64,000 nucleotides of DNA, taken from positions 16,244,001-16,308,000 of the forward strand of contig OZ287751.1 in assembly GCA_965649765.1 (NCBI GenBank), given 5' to 3'. Under the pieces are notes generated by a model. The model was not told the origin of the DNA, did no database searches, and saw only the letters and a program-made list of their open reading frames with translations. The stretch is from Bispira polyomma. Lineage: Eukaryota. A program made the translations under genes and the position numbers. Numbering within the stretch: the first letter of the stretch is position 1; each line of letters starts with the position of its first letter. This document shows, one piece after another, positions 13,201-27,356 of the stretch.

Positions 13201-15130
13201 CTCAAGTTAAGGTCAACAAAAACTGGTTGTATATAGGTATTGTTAGTTAACTTTATATAAAGACCACCCTTAAAAAGGAAAAAGTAGCAATTGTGTGACA
13301 AGGTAAATTTTTATTTTTCAAAAGCTATATATAAATAATTCTAGAAAGACTTTGAATCATGACGTTGCATGTGCTGAATTGACATAAAGGATGTCAGTTT
13401 CTGCACCAGTGTAGGTATATCCGGGTACTCTTTGGGAGCTTTTGTGCACATCAGTTGTAAATGATAGAAGATTTTTGTTATGTTTTGGACAGTGAAAATA
13501 GTTAACAGCTCTCAGTAGAGGGCATACCTCTACTAAAAAGAAACAAAATTCCTACATCTAATTTTCTACTTTGACCCATTCAAAAATTCACCGGATTCTG
13601 GCTTAAGCCATATTTATCTTTTAACCAAATTAAACTGTGAGCAGTGCAAGTAGTTTTTGAGTAATCCTGGTAACAAAGAAACAAATGAACACCAGGGAAA
13701 ACATAACCTCCTTGGCGATGGTATTTGGCGATGTATTTTGCATTTATAGTTCCAGCAGGAATGGGTTAAAAAATTATACTATAAGATTACTCAGAGAGTA
13801 AAAATTGGTGAATTTGTATTCTAGTGATCTCAATATACGCTTTAGGCTTATACCATTCCATATTCAATCAACGGATTCAGAGTTCAGGATTCAATATGTA
13901 AGTGTCACCTGTTGTTGAAATACTCCAATAAATTAATGATCTGGTATTATCAATGAAACATATACGTTAAACACATTTTTCGAAGGATATGCAGAGCTGT
14001 AATGCAGTTAGAGTGAATGTAGGGAGACATAAACAGATCCACTGGTATTACCAAGTAATGCATTTGTTAAAAGCAACTTCATCAAGTTGATTTGCTTAGT
14101 TCATACATACGAGTACAGTTGATTATTAAATTGATTTTTTTTTAATTTTCAAATTTCACAGCATATAATGTATCATATAATAACAAGTACACAAACAGAT
14201 TTTCAGTTTTCACAAGTTTCATGTCGTAAGATAATACAGTAAAATTTGGATATATGAAGACCTCTCAAAGGAATGCATGAAAAAGGTCTCATCTAAGGGG
14301 TCGTCCTTTCTGTAGAGCTGTATGTGGTGTCCGAGGCTGGTATTCACATTCTTAAATATTCTTAAACATTTGTCTCAACCAATTTGATTGGCTGAAAATA
14401 TGTTTTCTGACCACTTTGTGTAGTAGTATATCTGTTTGAAGGATGCTACATATGAAATATATGGAAACTTCCTTTTTACTTGCCTTTCGTTGAATTTATT
14501 ACCAACTTTAGTGTCACTTTTGCAAAGATCATGTGACATAATACCATGTTGTGTGCCGCCTCTACAAAACAATACATGTTTACGGTAGAAAACATGTGCT
14601 TATGTTAAAGGTACATTGATTGATTGATTGTGGTTTATAGGCCAGTCACACGTACACGTGATGATATCCTAGCACAACAATATAAACTGAAAACGTGGTA
14701 GTTTCATGTTAAGTGGCGTCATATTGTAAAAATGTGCATTCGATTGTGACGTTTTGCGATGTTTTTTCTGACGATGTTGGTACTTATACACACGGGGGGA
14801 AAAACAAAGACTTTACTGGTAGGATATCACTACCAACCATTACAGCTGCGTTTTGGTGCATTATGATGCTTAGTGAAACATTCCATGAAGAATACAGACG
14901 AGTAGAGACGAATCACTACCTCCTGCTATTTGCTGCTACTAACACAGACGAATGCCGACGTCCTTGAGAAATGGAAAGCTCTGTCACAATTTTTTTAAAC
15001 AGTTTGAAGTTAACGTGGTAGCAGACCAAATGGAGACGTTTCCGGAACGATATCATCTGTGAAGCAACGTCCGGGAATGAAAGCACCAGGGATCCTCACT
15101 TTTGCATTACCTTATACTACGTCTGCACTC

Positions 15131-15389
15131 GGGCCACAGTGGCCTAGTGGTTAGCAAGCATTGTGCTTCACAATCACTGGTCTCTCACCTCTGGGTGGCG
15201 TCAGTTCGAATCCTGTCGATGCCTATGTGGGAAAGGTGGTAGTTCCTTACTGTGGGCCGCTGGTTTCAGTGCAGAACCTTGATCAACTGTATGCAGTGTT
15301 TCCTCCAGCGTTTCCAACTACCCGTCCCAATATAACCTAAACAGGTACTAGAGTGGACGTTAAATATCCCAATTAAAATTAAAATTCAA
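15131..15389 (+). mobile_element. tRNA-derived SINE, family 1 copy B (full length, Meta-SINE-like 3' region)
   Basis: A-box TGGCCTAGTGGTTAG, B-box GTTCGAATCC, tail AATTAAAATTAAAATTCAAA; TSD ACTACGTCTG at 15116-15125 and 15390-15399. Confidence 0.92.
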
Positions 15390-15452
15390 ACTACGTCTGT
15401 CTAGGTTTCTAAACAATTGAAAACATCACACACACGAAGCACGTGTAGGTGT

Positions 15453-15690
15453 GACCGGGCTATTAACGCCGCTTTCAACACACTATATAGGTCATATGAC
15501 AACAGGCCGTTTTAATGTAAGGGGGAAAGCAGGCCTGGTATACAAATTGGTCACGATTCTACACTGTAAACCATTGAGTTTCAGCAAGTAACTGCCAATT
15601 CTCCCACATAAAGTAGCAGCAGAGATTGGAACCAATGGCATCAGTGGTGGGAGGCGAGTGTGTTAACCACTGTGTCACCGAGCCGCCCTC
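15453..15690 (-). mobile_element. Related older SINE, tail-to-tail with copy B
   Basis: Minus strand reads GGCGGCTCGGTGACACAGTGGTTAAC...GGTTCCAATC...TATGTGGGAGAA...TGTTGAAAGCGGCGTTAA. Confidence 0.75.
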
Positions 15691-18600
15691 TGTTAAAGGT
15701 ACAGCAAACCAAATTATGTAAATCACTCAGCTAAAGGTACATTGGGGAAGACATATCAGCTCTGTCGGTAGACTTCCTACCAGCCGTGAAAGAGTTAAAT
15801 ATTTCTAAATTGGAACGATTTAGACAACCATTATCCTCACATCTATTAGAGTGCAGTATTGTAAGGCTTCATAATTCTACCCGTGAAAATATTGGCATTT
15901 AAAAAAATATATATATATCTTTTTAAGACGAAAACTAATGCAGAAGTTACTGGTTTGTTTGTGTAAACATTTATTGGCATAATAAAAATAGCTGACGAGG
16001 TAAAAAGCTCATATTTTACATCAAACACATGAGCTGTGTCATTTGGTTTTACAGTCAACTAAATTACTAGGGATTACTGTATTAGATGAAAACACATTAA
16101 CAGCTTTGCTCGCTGTTGTAAATATCACATATCCCACAAGACAAGCGGCCTTGTGTGTGACAAAGTAGAATATAGAAAAAAACTGCAGCAACAAAACTTG
16201 ATTGCACTTTTATGAGAGAAAAAAAATTACATCCCACAGATAAGAAAACTGTGTTTTATGAACAAGATGAACACTTTTTTATACCTTAACATTTAAGTAA
16301 AACTCACCTCTAAGCTAAGAGGACTTATGCATGAAACCTAAAGGGTTGCTTGTGTACAAAACAACCATTTAAGCAGCAAAGTTTGGTCATCTTATCTTTG
16401 TAGTACATGTTGTATAAAAGGTCTAAGGTAAACCATTTTGGGGTGTAGATTTATAATGATAATAGTCATGTATCTTGTTTTATCGTGATTAATGTTATAT
16501 TTAACTCATATTTATGGTTAGTATATTTGTTCTTTTATAGGTGGGCCAATAAAAATTTTATTTCATAAAAAAATGGAAGAAGAAAATGATGTAGAAATAC
16601 ACTGTTTTATGTTGAAAATGCTAACAAGTCTTTTTTTTACTTGTGGGATTCTTCTGTCTAGTAACGCATTCTAGGTGACCTATCAAAAAAGTAGGTCAAA
16701 TCGCAATGCGGAATGGTTACTATCAAAGCCCGCAATGTCACTCGGAACTGGAATAGACCCACAAAAGTGTTAGTGTTATAATGGACTTACATAAAGCCGC
16801 CCTCACCTCCCTTCGATCTGCCTTTTTAAAAGGCTATTCTAGTTTTGCTAAAGTTATTTTTGTATCTGCCACAGAACATACTGTGAATAAATTGGCTATA
16901 TTCCCTTGTGGGTTCCATTTGCCAACTCTAGACATAGCTGCACTTTATTTCATTAGCAGAAAGTTCATTGGGTATGTGTTGGTGTGGTATTTACAGCAGT
17001 TTTATCAGTGAAAAAAAAAACTAAATAAAATAAGTGGGAGCTATTTTTATGCATAGTCATTTGAATTGCTAGAAACCTTATAGTTATGTATTTTTTTTCG
17101 TGTACTCAAGTGTAACTCTCATATCGAAGTGTCTTAAAGGGAACCCCAAAAGTAGTATCCGTTTTGTCGGGTATGATTGTAATTAATAAGTTAACTAAGG
17201 ACATCTTACACAAAGAGATAATTTTGTACCAACTATCTAAATGGCTATGGCAACCTTCACCATGTGAAGGGTGAAAGGGAGTTGCTCCCCTTGCCGCCAG
17301 ACGCTATGGGGTGGGTTAACACCTAGTCTGGTTGCTTTCTCATTAATCAGCTGTTAACCCCCACCTCCTACCTTACGACCTTGCTATGCCCCTGGACTTA
17401 ACGCTTGGATCACTGATTCTGCTGTTGCGCTTTAGAATATGCCTAGCATCAATAAAGGGGGTTTAAATGCATATTAATAATAAATTGACACAACAGTACA
17501 AGATTATGCAAATTAAAAAAATAAGACAAATATTGCAATAAAACTAACCAAATGTATATTACCATATTACAGCCAGTCTAACTAACCAGCATGAGATGAC
17601 TGAAAAGGGTTAATGGTCCATTAATTAGTTAAAGTTAGTTAAACAAACTAAACAAATTATCTAAATATAAACAGAATTTAGAAATATTTAAAAACTAAAA
17701 ACAACCTGATGGCCAGTGATAGTGGCAATGATATCACACGCGTCATGCTGATATCCACTACTTTCTGTCAGAGGAGTATGTTATCACATATGTTAATTGA
17801 TGTAACAATGCTGTTTTGTATGTCACTTCCCTTTTATAAGAATCTTTTATTATTCTTACACATATTTTAATATTAATGTACTCGGCAAAAGATGATAACA
17901 ATGATAGCACATTTTCCACCCTAAATGACAGGATAGAATCCAGTCATTACATTTTGATTTTTAGAGTGCTTACATGGTGGTTTCCGCCCAAACCTTTTGG
18001 CCTATGTTATTTAGAGTGGAACAAAACAACCTAACAGGATTCTGAGATCTGGTTAGTTGCCAGATATCAATCATTTTAAGAAGCATTTAAAAACAATTTT
18101 TTGTTGTCTGAAAGATTTGCCTTCTAAAACTTAATGCCCCAAAAAACACTACTTGTACATATTTCTGATTATAAGAAATGACGCTGTCAAAGTGAAAAAG
18201 AGTGGTACATTTTCAGTTGTATCAATCAAAAATAAGATATTAATAACTCATATGTGTAAATAAACAACCGCATAAATCAGACACATGCGAAAGAGATTCT
18301 TTAACACGCCAATAAATAACGTCTAGGGTTTGACACACACTGATAAATCATTTGAAAGTAAGATAAACAATAAACTTGAAATTAGAGAAAATCTAAGTAA
18401 TCTTCAAAAAAGGTAACAACTGCTATTTTTCTGGAATGGAAGATAATTTTACATGGTTGAATGTTGTCTATTGGTGACATATGGTTACAGATATGTCATA
18501 ATTTAAAGAAAAACAGAAAATTCAATGCAAACAAAAAACGTGTAAACATAATTTCCAGATATGTTAAAAGGTTTGAACTTAAAGGGCTATTGATATTGTA

Positions 18601-19071
18601 CCACATGTTGACTGTATCTGTTATGTAAAAGGAAAGTCTCATTCTTATTGATAAACTTATCAATAGCATATTGGTTTTAACTTTGTCAAAGGCCTAGTTC
18701 AATTTGTCAGTGTGCTTGGTAAGCATCTGTGAGTGAGATAAATAGCACACCTTAAGTTGGGTAAGGAAATAATGTTATTAAAGTCATTAATTTTGGATTA
18801 AATATTTAGTGGCTACTAACTTTACGTGTCCCTGTAGCATTTCAGTGTACATTTGTGACCTCAAGATGGCATTGAAAACACCATAAAGGTATACACATGT
18901 TGTCATTTACCACTATTGTTACACACTATATTTACACCAGCAAGGATAAGTATACTTAAATTAGAATGACCGAGCTGACTTTAAAGTGTAATGGTCACCT
19001 TAAAACGTGGCTCTTGTTTCTGGTAAAACAAATATTTAAAGTGAATTCTAAAAGAATAGACTGGCATATTT

Positions 19072-19318
19072 TGAATTTGAATATTTAACATCTACTCTAG
19101 TACCTTTTAGTAGGTTATATTGGGACGGGTAGTTGGAAACGCTGGAGGAAACACTGCATACAGTCGATCAAGGTTCTGCACTGAAACCAGCGGCCCACAG
19201 TAAGAAACTACCACCTTTCCCACATAGGCATCGACAGGATTCGAACTCACGCCGCCCAGAGGTGAGAGACCAGTGGTTGTGAAGCGCAATGCTTGCTAAC
19301 CACTAGGCCACCGCGGCC
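19072..19318 (-). mobile_element. tRNA-derived SINE, family 1 copy C
   Basis: High similarity to copy B; TSD GGCATATTT at 19063-19071 and 19321-19329. Confidence 0.92.
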
Positions 19319-22300
19319 ACGGCATATTTGGTTGTTGTATTTTGTTAAATATGCAAAACTTATATATCCGTGTTTTAGAGAATATTTTCTGGTTGATATA
19401 ACATATTCTGATTGATAATATTCACTCATCAATCTATTTGAATACAGTTACATGTAAAACTAGAAGGCAACGAAATGAATTGTATAGACCTCTGACTTTG
19501 CCAAATTGTGCCACAAAGTGACAAAAAAAAACCCCAACAAATTCTTGGATCTGACTTTCTAACACGATTTGCTCTGTAATTAATGGAGGCGTCCCCTATA
19601 AGGCTTACACCGAAATCCCCTCCACCACATTACTTGTAAATCAGTTCTGTAGTTTTTTCTGTAGTCTTGGTGACAATCATAAAACAATGGGCAAAGCAGG
19701 TGAAAAAATAACCACTACTTAGCAAGGAGGTGAAAATGTCGATTTTGAAACACAAAACCTGTTGTGATGTAGTTTGGAAAAAAGTACAAGTCTTTGGATG
19801 AATTTAAGGCCCAGTTTCTTTAATTTATCAAAAAAAAAGAAAAAGTTTTCAGACCTTTTGTGTGTCATTTGAGAAATTGCACATTTTAAAGCGTAAGATT
19901 TGCTGTACAAGAAAAAATTAGGAAGGTTTTTTTTTTTAAATTAGTGCAAAAATTACATTGAGAGACTAATTACCAGGGACATAATTATTGTATTTTATTT
20001 CTCTGGTTGCAAATAAGATATTTTAGTTGTCATGTCTTGCTCAGGAATCTGCAATATTGCATGACTATATATCAAACCTGCAGCAGTAAGCCGATCAGCA
20101 AATTACTACGCAGGGCATGTGCCAATGACGAATTACATTCTTTGATATTTATGATATGATAGATTTTTAACGCGCCTAATGGATGACAGGCATCTTCTAA
20201 AGTGCAACATCATTGACAAAGTTGTAAATATTGTAGCATGTATGTGTTTTGACATGCGGTACTATTTAGACATTTGACGTATTTCACAGGCACAATCTAT
20301 GGAATCTAGATCGGTAGATCAAAGGATTCTGTTGTAAAATGGACTGAATTGTGATCCGGATCAGTGATCTGTTAAACTTCCTCAAGATGTAGTTCAGCGG
20401 ATTTAGATTGAATGGATTAACCACAATTCATTGCAAAAATTGAGGGACAGTCACACAAAATATACACACTCAAATATACAAAATATACACTTAGAAACGC
20501 AAATAAACTTGAATATTATCAAATGAACTCGAAGAGTAGTCTTTATTTAAATCTGTAATACTAAATCTATATCATTGGTAGCCATTTTAAGACTAAAAAC
20601 CAATTTTTTTGCATTTCACAAATTTAGCAAATCCAACGAATCCAGATGATAATCTAGATTGCACAGTTTTTGTTTGTAAAATACGCCCAGCACTTCCATC
20701 ACTTCAAAGTGGAGCAAATAAGATGGCCAGCCAATCAAAACCGATAAGTGACACACACCCGTACACACACACAGTTGACGACACTCACTCACCCACACAT
20801 AGGACCAGTTCTTGCCAGAAAATATGGGGCATTGCTGAGCATTTTGTGTATGTAGGAAAGAAGGCAGAGTCATTTGGTCTAGCAGCAGAAATTGCAGAGG
20901 ACCAGTAAAAATATTAGTCAAACGTGTGGTATATATAATACAAGATCTGCATTCAGCAGACGGTAACTGGTGTGACGTACCCATGCTGCAGGAATTGCTT
21001 CTAATTAGTTTCTTTGACTAATGGAAATAATTGCATTTGTACCATTCATATATATTAGTAGTAAACTGGCAGCAGTTCGGTCTACTTATTTGTAAACACA
21101 TATGCAGGGTTGGTGTGGTTGTGTGATCCGGTTGTTTTATGTAATTACCCAATAAACAGTTCATCAAAAATAAAAATAGAGAAGAAAGGGCATATGGTGA
21201 CTTCAAAAAGGCCAAACATATTTTGAAGAAAGAAAAAGTGAAGCTAACTGACATTTTTAGTGAAATATTTCCACAGAGCATGTGTTGAACAGAAAGCAAA
21301 ACCTTGAAAAAATGTACTTTTTATTATACAATCCATGAAATTAATTAGATTAAAATTTTGGGATATTGTAAAAAAAACCTGTAAGGAGTAGAAGTATAGA
21401 AATACACAAGTGGATTGATGATATGTGCTTGTATATTGTAACATATGTAAAGAGATTGTGTCTCTTATGTACAATATCTTGTTGTTAAACACTGTAACAG
21501 CTGTTATAGGAATACATGGGGCATTTAAACATGAACAGTCGTTAGGGCAGTGAAGAAATAAACTATCCAGTTATCTTCAAAATAGGTATGTTTAATTCAA
21601 TTTAGTTTTGTGTGTGTGAAAGAAAGTGATATTAGTATATTGATTTCAAACTTGCAGTATTGAACTGGTTGGTGTGTTTTATTCGCAGTAACATTGTAAT
21701 TTAGAGTCGAATGTTGATTTTACCTCTTATCAGTACAAAAACTTCCACTTGTATATATAACACAGCTTAACCAAAAATATGACATTTAAACATCTATACA
21801 TGTTAAAAATGTAAGTTGAAGATGTTGTATAAAGCAGTGATTGACTGTCTATATGTAAACATTAATAAATGTTCTTCAGTCTCTAATTCCAATATACTCG
21901 ACTCTGAAATTTGTAATCTATTTGTGAGATATTTGAGTGAGAACTACCAAAACTTCTATAATTTTTTGTTAACCCCCAAAAAAGTCATAACAAAAAGTAT
22001 AGCTGTGCAGTTTTGCCAACTTTATGTTTAGTATATTATATAGAATTCGCACTGTCATGATCTCGGTCACATTTGTACTAGACTATCCAAGATCATAAGG
22101 TCTTGTCTTGTTGGGAGAGAATGGGTGAAAATGGTAATTTGCATATTATTATTGTATTAATCTCAGAATGTATAATACAATCTTACCAGATCACGCCCAG
22201 GATATCCCCAGTTTATACCTAGGATATGTCCAGAGTATGCCCAGGATATGCCCAGATTTATCAAGATCTCACACGATTATGACCAGACTATGCTAATTTT

Positions 22301-22544
22301 ATACCAGATTATGACCAGACCCTCCAGATCTAAACAGATCATCACACGTTTATACAATATTTGCAACAGATTACACCAGTCATGTCCAGATCACATAAAT
22401 GTTTTGACAATATTATGTACAACCAAGGTGACAATATATAAAAGCAATGTAAAATCAGGCTTACTATACAGATCAGAATGATGGAAAACAAGAAAAGCGG
22501 ACATAAAGACATGCAAAACAATAATAAACTGGCCCAACAAAATT

Positions 22545-22692
22545 ACCAATCAACATCTTTTAGAAAAGCTAAAGTAGAATAAATGGAAATTAGTATTAAT
22601 AAAGCAGAAGCTGTAGCCACAGACAGACCGATGTGGAAAATAGCACTTCTCACCTTATGCTCCAATAGGAGCGAAGAGGATAAGTAAGTAAT
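22545..22692 (+). mobile_element. RTE-clade LINE 3' end
   Basis: A.DR..W-type C-terminus (AEAVATDRPMWK), then CCTTATGCTCCAATAGGAGCGAAGAGGA stem-loop and (TAAG)n tail. Confidence 0.7.
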
Positions 22693-23755
22693 GTACATAT
22701 TATGCTCCAACCTATCCAGTTCTCTCCAGATTTGATTTTTAGAGTTAACCATCCATGAAAGTTTTCAAAATGTTCAAAATTTTTGGCTCTGACATCAGAT
22801 TCTACCCATCCTTCCAGTTGATGCCCATGTTAAAGGTTTTCTCTAGATCATCAGGAGTAAAAGGGCTCTATTGATTGTGAAAGTGTGAACGCTACAATAA
22901 CGAGATTTTGTTGCTTTCCTTTGTTTGTATCGAAAAACAAGGTCCTACAAACAACGTTACTAAGACATTTTGTTGGCATATTTAAACGGAATATTTTAGG
23001 TTGGAAGAAAAATGTTACTAGTTTATAATTTTTTGAGAATTTTACTAGAATTAATTCCCACAATTGGTTAATAGTTTTGTTAAAAATATCAATTCAAGTT
23101 CTGAGTTGCATCGATAATTAATTTTTACTATCTTAAGTTACTAGCTAAAATAGCCAAGATTTATTTTGCATTATTGGCAGTATATCAAAGTATTCCTGTC
23201 CATTACCTTAATTTTGACAATGTGGATGTTTTATTTGTGAAAATTATATTACTTTTAACTATATAAATAATAAGTTTAGATATAGTGAGAATAAATATCT
23301 CGTGAATCTTTAAATTAAATGAAATTAAGGAGATAATTGGGATGATTGTTTTTGATTAAATTTCAATTTATTCTGATATAAGTAACTTTAACTAGTAATC
23401 AAACTTTCTCACCATTCGATGCTTTGTGAAGTAAATGCTTAAGTTTTGACAATATGTATTATATGTATTTAAAGCAATATGTAATTATCTAACCATTTAT
23501 ACATCTTTCAAAATGTCAAGATAATAATTTAGCAGACATGCTATATTGCTCCCATGTGTAAAGCTCGAGGTGTAGTTTCAGCTCAGTTCCCAAAGGTGAA
23601 GGTTAAAGTGGAGGAGAAGTTATGGTGAAAGCTAAGTGAGAACCAGAATAAGGTTTGAGGTATTTTATTCTGTACAGGTTAGTATATATGTACAGGGTAG
23701 GTAAAAGTATATTAAAATGTTATAAAATGAGATTTTAATATAAGCCCAAACCCAA

Positions 23756-24729
23756 CTAAATGGAGGAAGGGACAATGGCGGAGAAGGTATTGGGAACAAT
23801 GGAAACAGCTTGGGAGGTGGATTGGAGGTAGGACCACACGGCGGAACTACGCCAAAGGCCATGGGCCATAATATTTTGGAGGGAAACGTTATTATTAAAA
23901 GCTGCTGTAGCGCCAGATCTGCGAAAAGTATGGAATCCATGGAATGAAGGATCAATTCCAAGTTGTAGTAGAATTTGCCTAAGGGCAGATCTGACATGTG
24001 AATCAACGATGGGAAAATGAGGGGGTTTAGAAACAACAAACAGTGGAGCAGAAGGGGGTAGGTCCCTAGAGGAAAGGAGTGCGGAAAGAGCCTGCACTGG
24101 ACATAGGTGAGGGACAGAGATAGAAGGAAGCTGTATGACATGTGTAGAGGTCCTATCCTGCATATTCTTGGCCCACTTAATAATTAAGTGGGCCCCAGGG
24201 GAACCAAAGACCACATCCTGTCTAAGAATGTGTCTGGTGGGATCAAACTTGGCTCTAGAGTGGGGAGCGATATTGGACAATCTTAAAAAGCCATAAAAGG
24301 CCACAAGAAAAATGGATCTAAAAAGAATGGGGTCCTGTGATATATGACAGGCCTGAGAAATAAAGGACAAGTGTTTGATGGAGAATAACCCTTTGGGGGA
24401 AGGCCTGAAGTGAGAATTGTGTACCAAACTACGAATAAACAGAGAGATGGAATTGTGATGGAAAATATCTGGGAGGATATTAAACTTCTGGGTCATGAAC
24501 CTTAAAGCAGCCAGGTAGTTTTTAATAACTTTAGGGGAAAGGCCATTCTAGGCCAAGTACTCCAAAAAGGCCAATATAGAGTGGATAGAGATATGGTGCA
24601 TAACATAATGCAGAAAAGAAAGAAATGTTCTAAACTGCGAAGTATAAGCTGCAGTGGTAGAAGGTCTGAGAGCTGTGTGGATTCTCCTGATGGCAGCATC
24701 CCCCAGAGCCAATGATGCTTGTGTGGAAC
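23756..24729 (-). pseudogene. Tyrosine recombinase of the retroelement (one internal TAG at 24548-24550)
   Basis: Catalytic set present: FYGFLR (R), KWAK (K), HTFRR (HxxR), HGLW, WSY (Y). Upstream in-frame N-domain ALRPSTTAAY...LAFLEYLA*NGLSPKVIKNYLAAL. Confidence 0.9.
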
Positions 24730-24735
24730 CTGTAA

Positions 24736-25595
24736 TCAGATATTAAAATCTAAATTATGATAGTGTAAGGGGACATCTCTACGTGTGTGCTTACTAAGAG
24801 CCAACATAATTTGTGGATCAGGAGGACGTGTGGAATATACACGCGACAACGCGTCAGCGTATATATTATCCTTGCCTGGAATGTGTTGAACTTTTATAGT
24901 AATATCATGAATAGAGCAAATGAGCCAAATATTGCGTATACACGCAGCTAAGAATGGGTCCTTAGTCTTGCCGGTCATAACGACCAGGACAACTGCCAGG
25001 TTGTCGCAATTAAAAGTAACTTTATGGTGAGCCCAGGATTCCCCCCAAACTCTAAGTGAAATGACAACATTGAGCATCTCCAACTGGGTAATGGCCAATC
25101 TTTGACCAAAATTGTTAATAACGGGTGTGAAATAAATCTCCTGGCCCCATAGGGCCCCCATACCTGTGAGACAGGCGTCAAGATGAAGTTTATGTGAGAA
25201 ATAGGTAATACCATTGTAAGCATGTAAGAAGTGAATAAACCAATCAAGGTCATATTTCATATTATCAGTGACCTTAAACCTCTTGGAATTAGGGGAAGCT
25301 CTAACAACGGAAAGAAGCCTGTTAATAAAGCACCTAGCAGGTTTAACACACTTGTGTATATAAAGAAGCTTTCCTAAGAGGGACTGTAATCTAGTACGGG
25401 ATAACCAGTTCTTACTACGTGCTTCTATGCACTCTAAGTGTATTTGGTCAATTTTTTCTTGTGTGATACTTATGGTACCTGCGGATATATCCACATCTAT
25501 GCCCAGGTAAGTAATCTTAGTGGAGGGAGGAGAAATTTTACTGGGGTTTATGGGGAGACCTAGATCACCTAATAGACTACATACTTTTTCAAAAC
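24736..25595 (-). pseudogene. RT thumb/connection + RNase H of the retroelement
   Basis: LGLPINPSK...ITYLGI upstream of the called ORF; RNase H D-E-D-D motifs LDAC, QLEM, CDN, NIYADALSR. Confidence 0.9.
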
Positions 25596-26801
25596 CTACC
25601 TTGCCTTGACCTTAGTACATATGCAAAGGTAGTCATCAATGTAGCAATGGAGTTTAAAACCTAAACTAAGCATGTGGTCTGCAATAATATCCGAGCATCT
25701 CTGAAAGGCCGCACTGCCGAAAGCCCAGCCAAAGGCAACCGCAGGATCAAGGTAGTATTTTTCATCCCACTTTATACCAAATTTGAGGGCGTCGACAGGG
25801 TCGACACAGAGATTACGAAAGGCCCTGGAAACGTCCACCTTGAAGGCCACCGGGTCTCTGGTATTATTGATGGCATCCGTAACATTGCCAATATTCGGAA
25901 ATTTAAGTAAAAATTCAGTACCGTCAAATTGGTCAAGTACATGGTCATTAACTGAGGTACCCTGCGGGTGTGAAAGGTTAAGTATTACCCGTCTATCAGT
26001 AATATCCTTAGGGGTGGTGAGTAAGGGAGAACAATGGTAATGTGGGTTTGCTAAGTTGGAAACAGGGCCTAACATAGCACCCTTACTTTTTTCTTTGTTA
26101 AGATACTTGTTAACTGCATCAGGATACTGTATCGCAGAGTGATGGTTAGTTATATCTGTGCGATTTAACTCAAAGGATTTACTTAACGATAGGGGAAATC
26201 TAAATTTTAAATACTGACAAATAAGTTGGTCAGGATGGTTATGTGTAATAAGTTCCCAAGCCGGGATATTCCAGCCACAGCTAATGGGAATACGAGCTTG
26301 AACATAACTAGGTAAACCTGTGGATCTAATGGTGTCAGCAATGAGACACATATCATTAATTGAATTAATAGCCACAAAATCTTTATCAGGGCCAATGAAC
26401 TGAAATTTTGTATCAGATTTGCTTAAGAAACCAACAGATTTATGGGAAACAACCAGTTCTTTAGTGTTATTTTTCGAAGAAGACGAATCAGCCATGACTA
26501 AGCTGTTCAGCTCTTCACAGCCATCGGAGACAATATCGGAACGCCGCATGATTCTAGCCTGAGTAAGTTTATTAACAAAACATTCATTACTGGCGGTACT
26601 ATCAATCATGACATCATCTGCCTTGATGATGCCATCAATGATTTCCTGCATATAAACGGTGTAATCATATCCTCGTACCCACAGGGAATTAACATCTTTT
26701 AAATAGTTTTCATGAGCTAATTTAGCAGAGTTGTTTTGAAATTCATTGAGTTGTTGAAAATTCCAAAAGTTATAATCAATCAGAATCCTTGCTTGGAACA
26801 T
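25596..26801 (-). pseudogene. Reverse transcriptase of the retroelement (frameshift near 25600)
   Basis: NHHSA, SPLLTTPK, RRVILNLSHP, KVDVSRAFRNL, AFGWAFG, YIDD motifs typical of DIRS-order RTs. Confidence 0.92.
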
Positions 26802-27356
26802 ATAGGAAACACTAAAAGGAAAGCTAGGTATGCCCCTAAGGGAACATAACTGATGTTGTCCCTATAACAATTTTGATAATAGAAACCTGAGGCACTGGTG
26901 TAGTCAGGAAAATCCAAAAATACAACAGGGTGATGCCCACCATTATCGACATATAAGAAATCCAAGACAGAGATACTGCAGGCCATATAAGGCAGCACTG
27001 TTGACCAAAACAGAGTGAATCTCATTACCAGAATCATGATGACCACAATTTTCGAGTACATTATGAAATTCAAAATTTTTAAGACCAGCAGTATTCATAG
27101 TTGAAGCCTTCTCACAATGAGGCAAAACATTATACAAATTATCATATGTCGCATTACATCGATTGTTAACAGAATGTTTATAATATGTCTGGCTGCCTGT
27201 GCAGCTATCTGCACAAACTCGTGTCTTAATTAAATTACTATCAAAGTCACTGAAACAAGAGTCATAGCAATTTGAACTTACACTATTGATTTTACTTTCA
27301 CAATTAATTACACAACTTTTACTGGCAGAGTCTGTCCTGTATCGTCGACCACCATC

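Noticed and set aside
15131-15215. Possible tRNA gene
   Set aside because: No complete cloverleaf or acceptor stem; it is the head of a multi-copy SINE
23665-24141. 158-aa alternative-frame ORF (also 24975-25253, 25674-26040, 27772-28008, 28244-28456)
   Set aside because: Shadow frames of the retroelement ORFs
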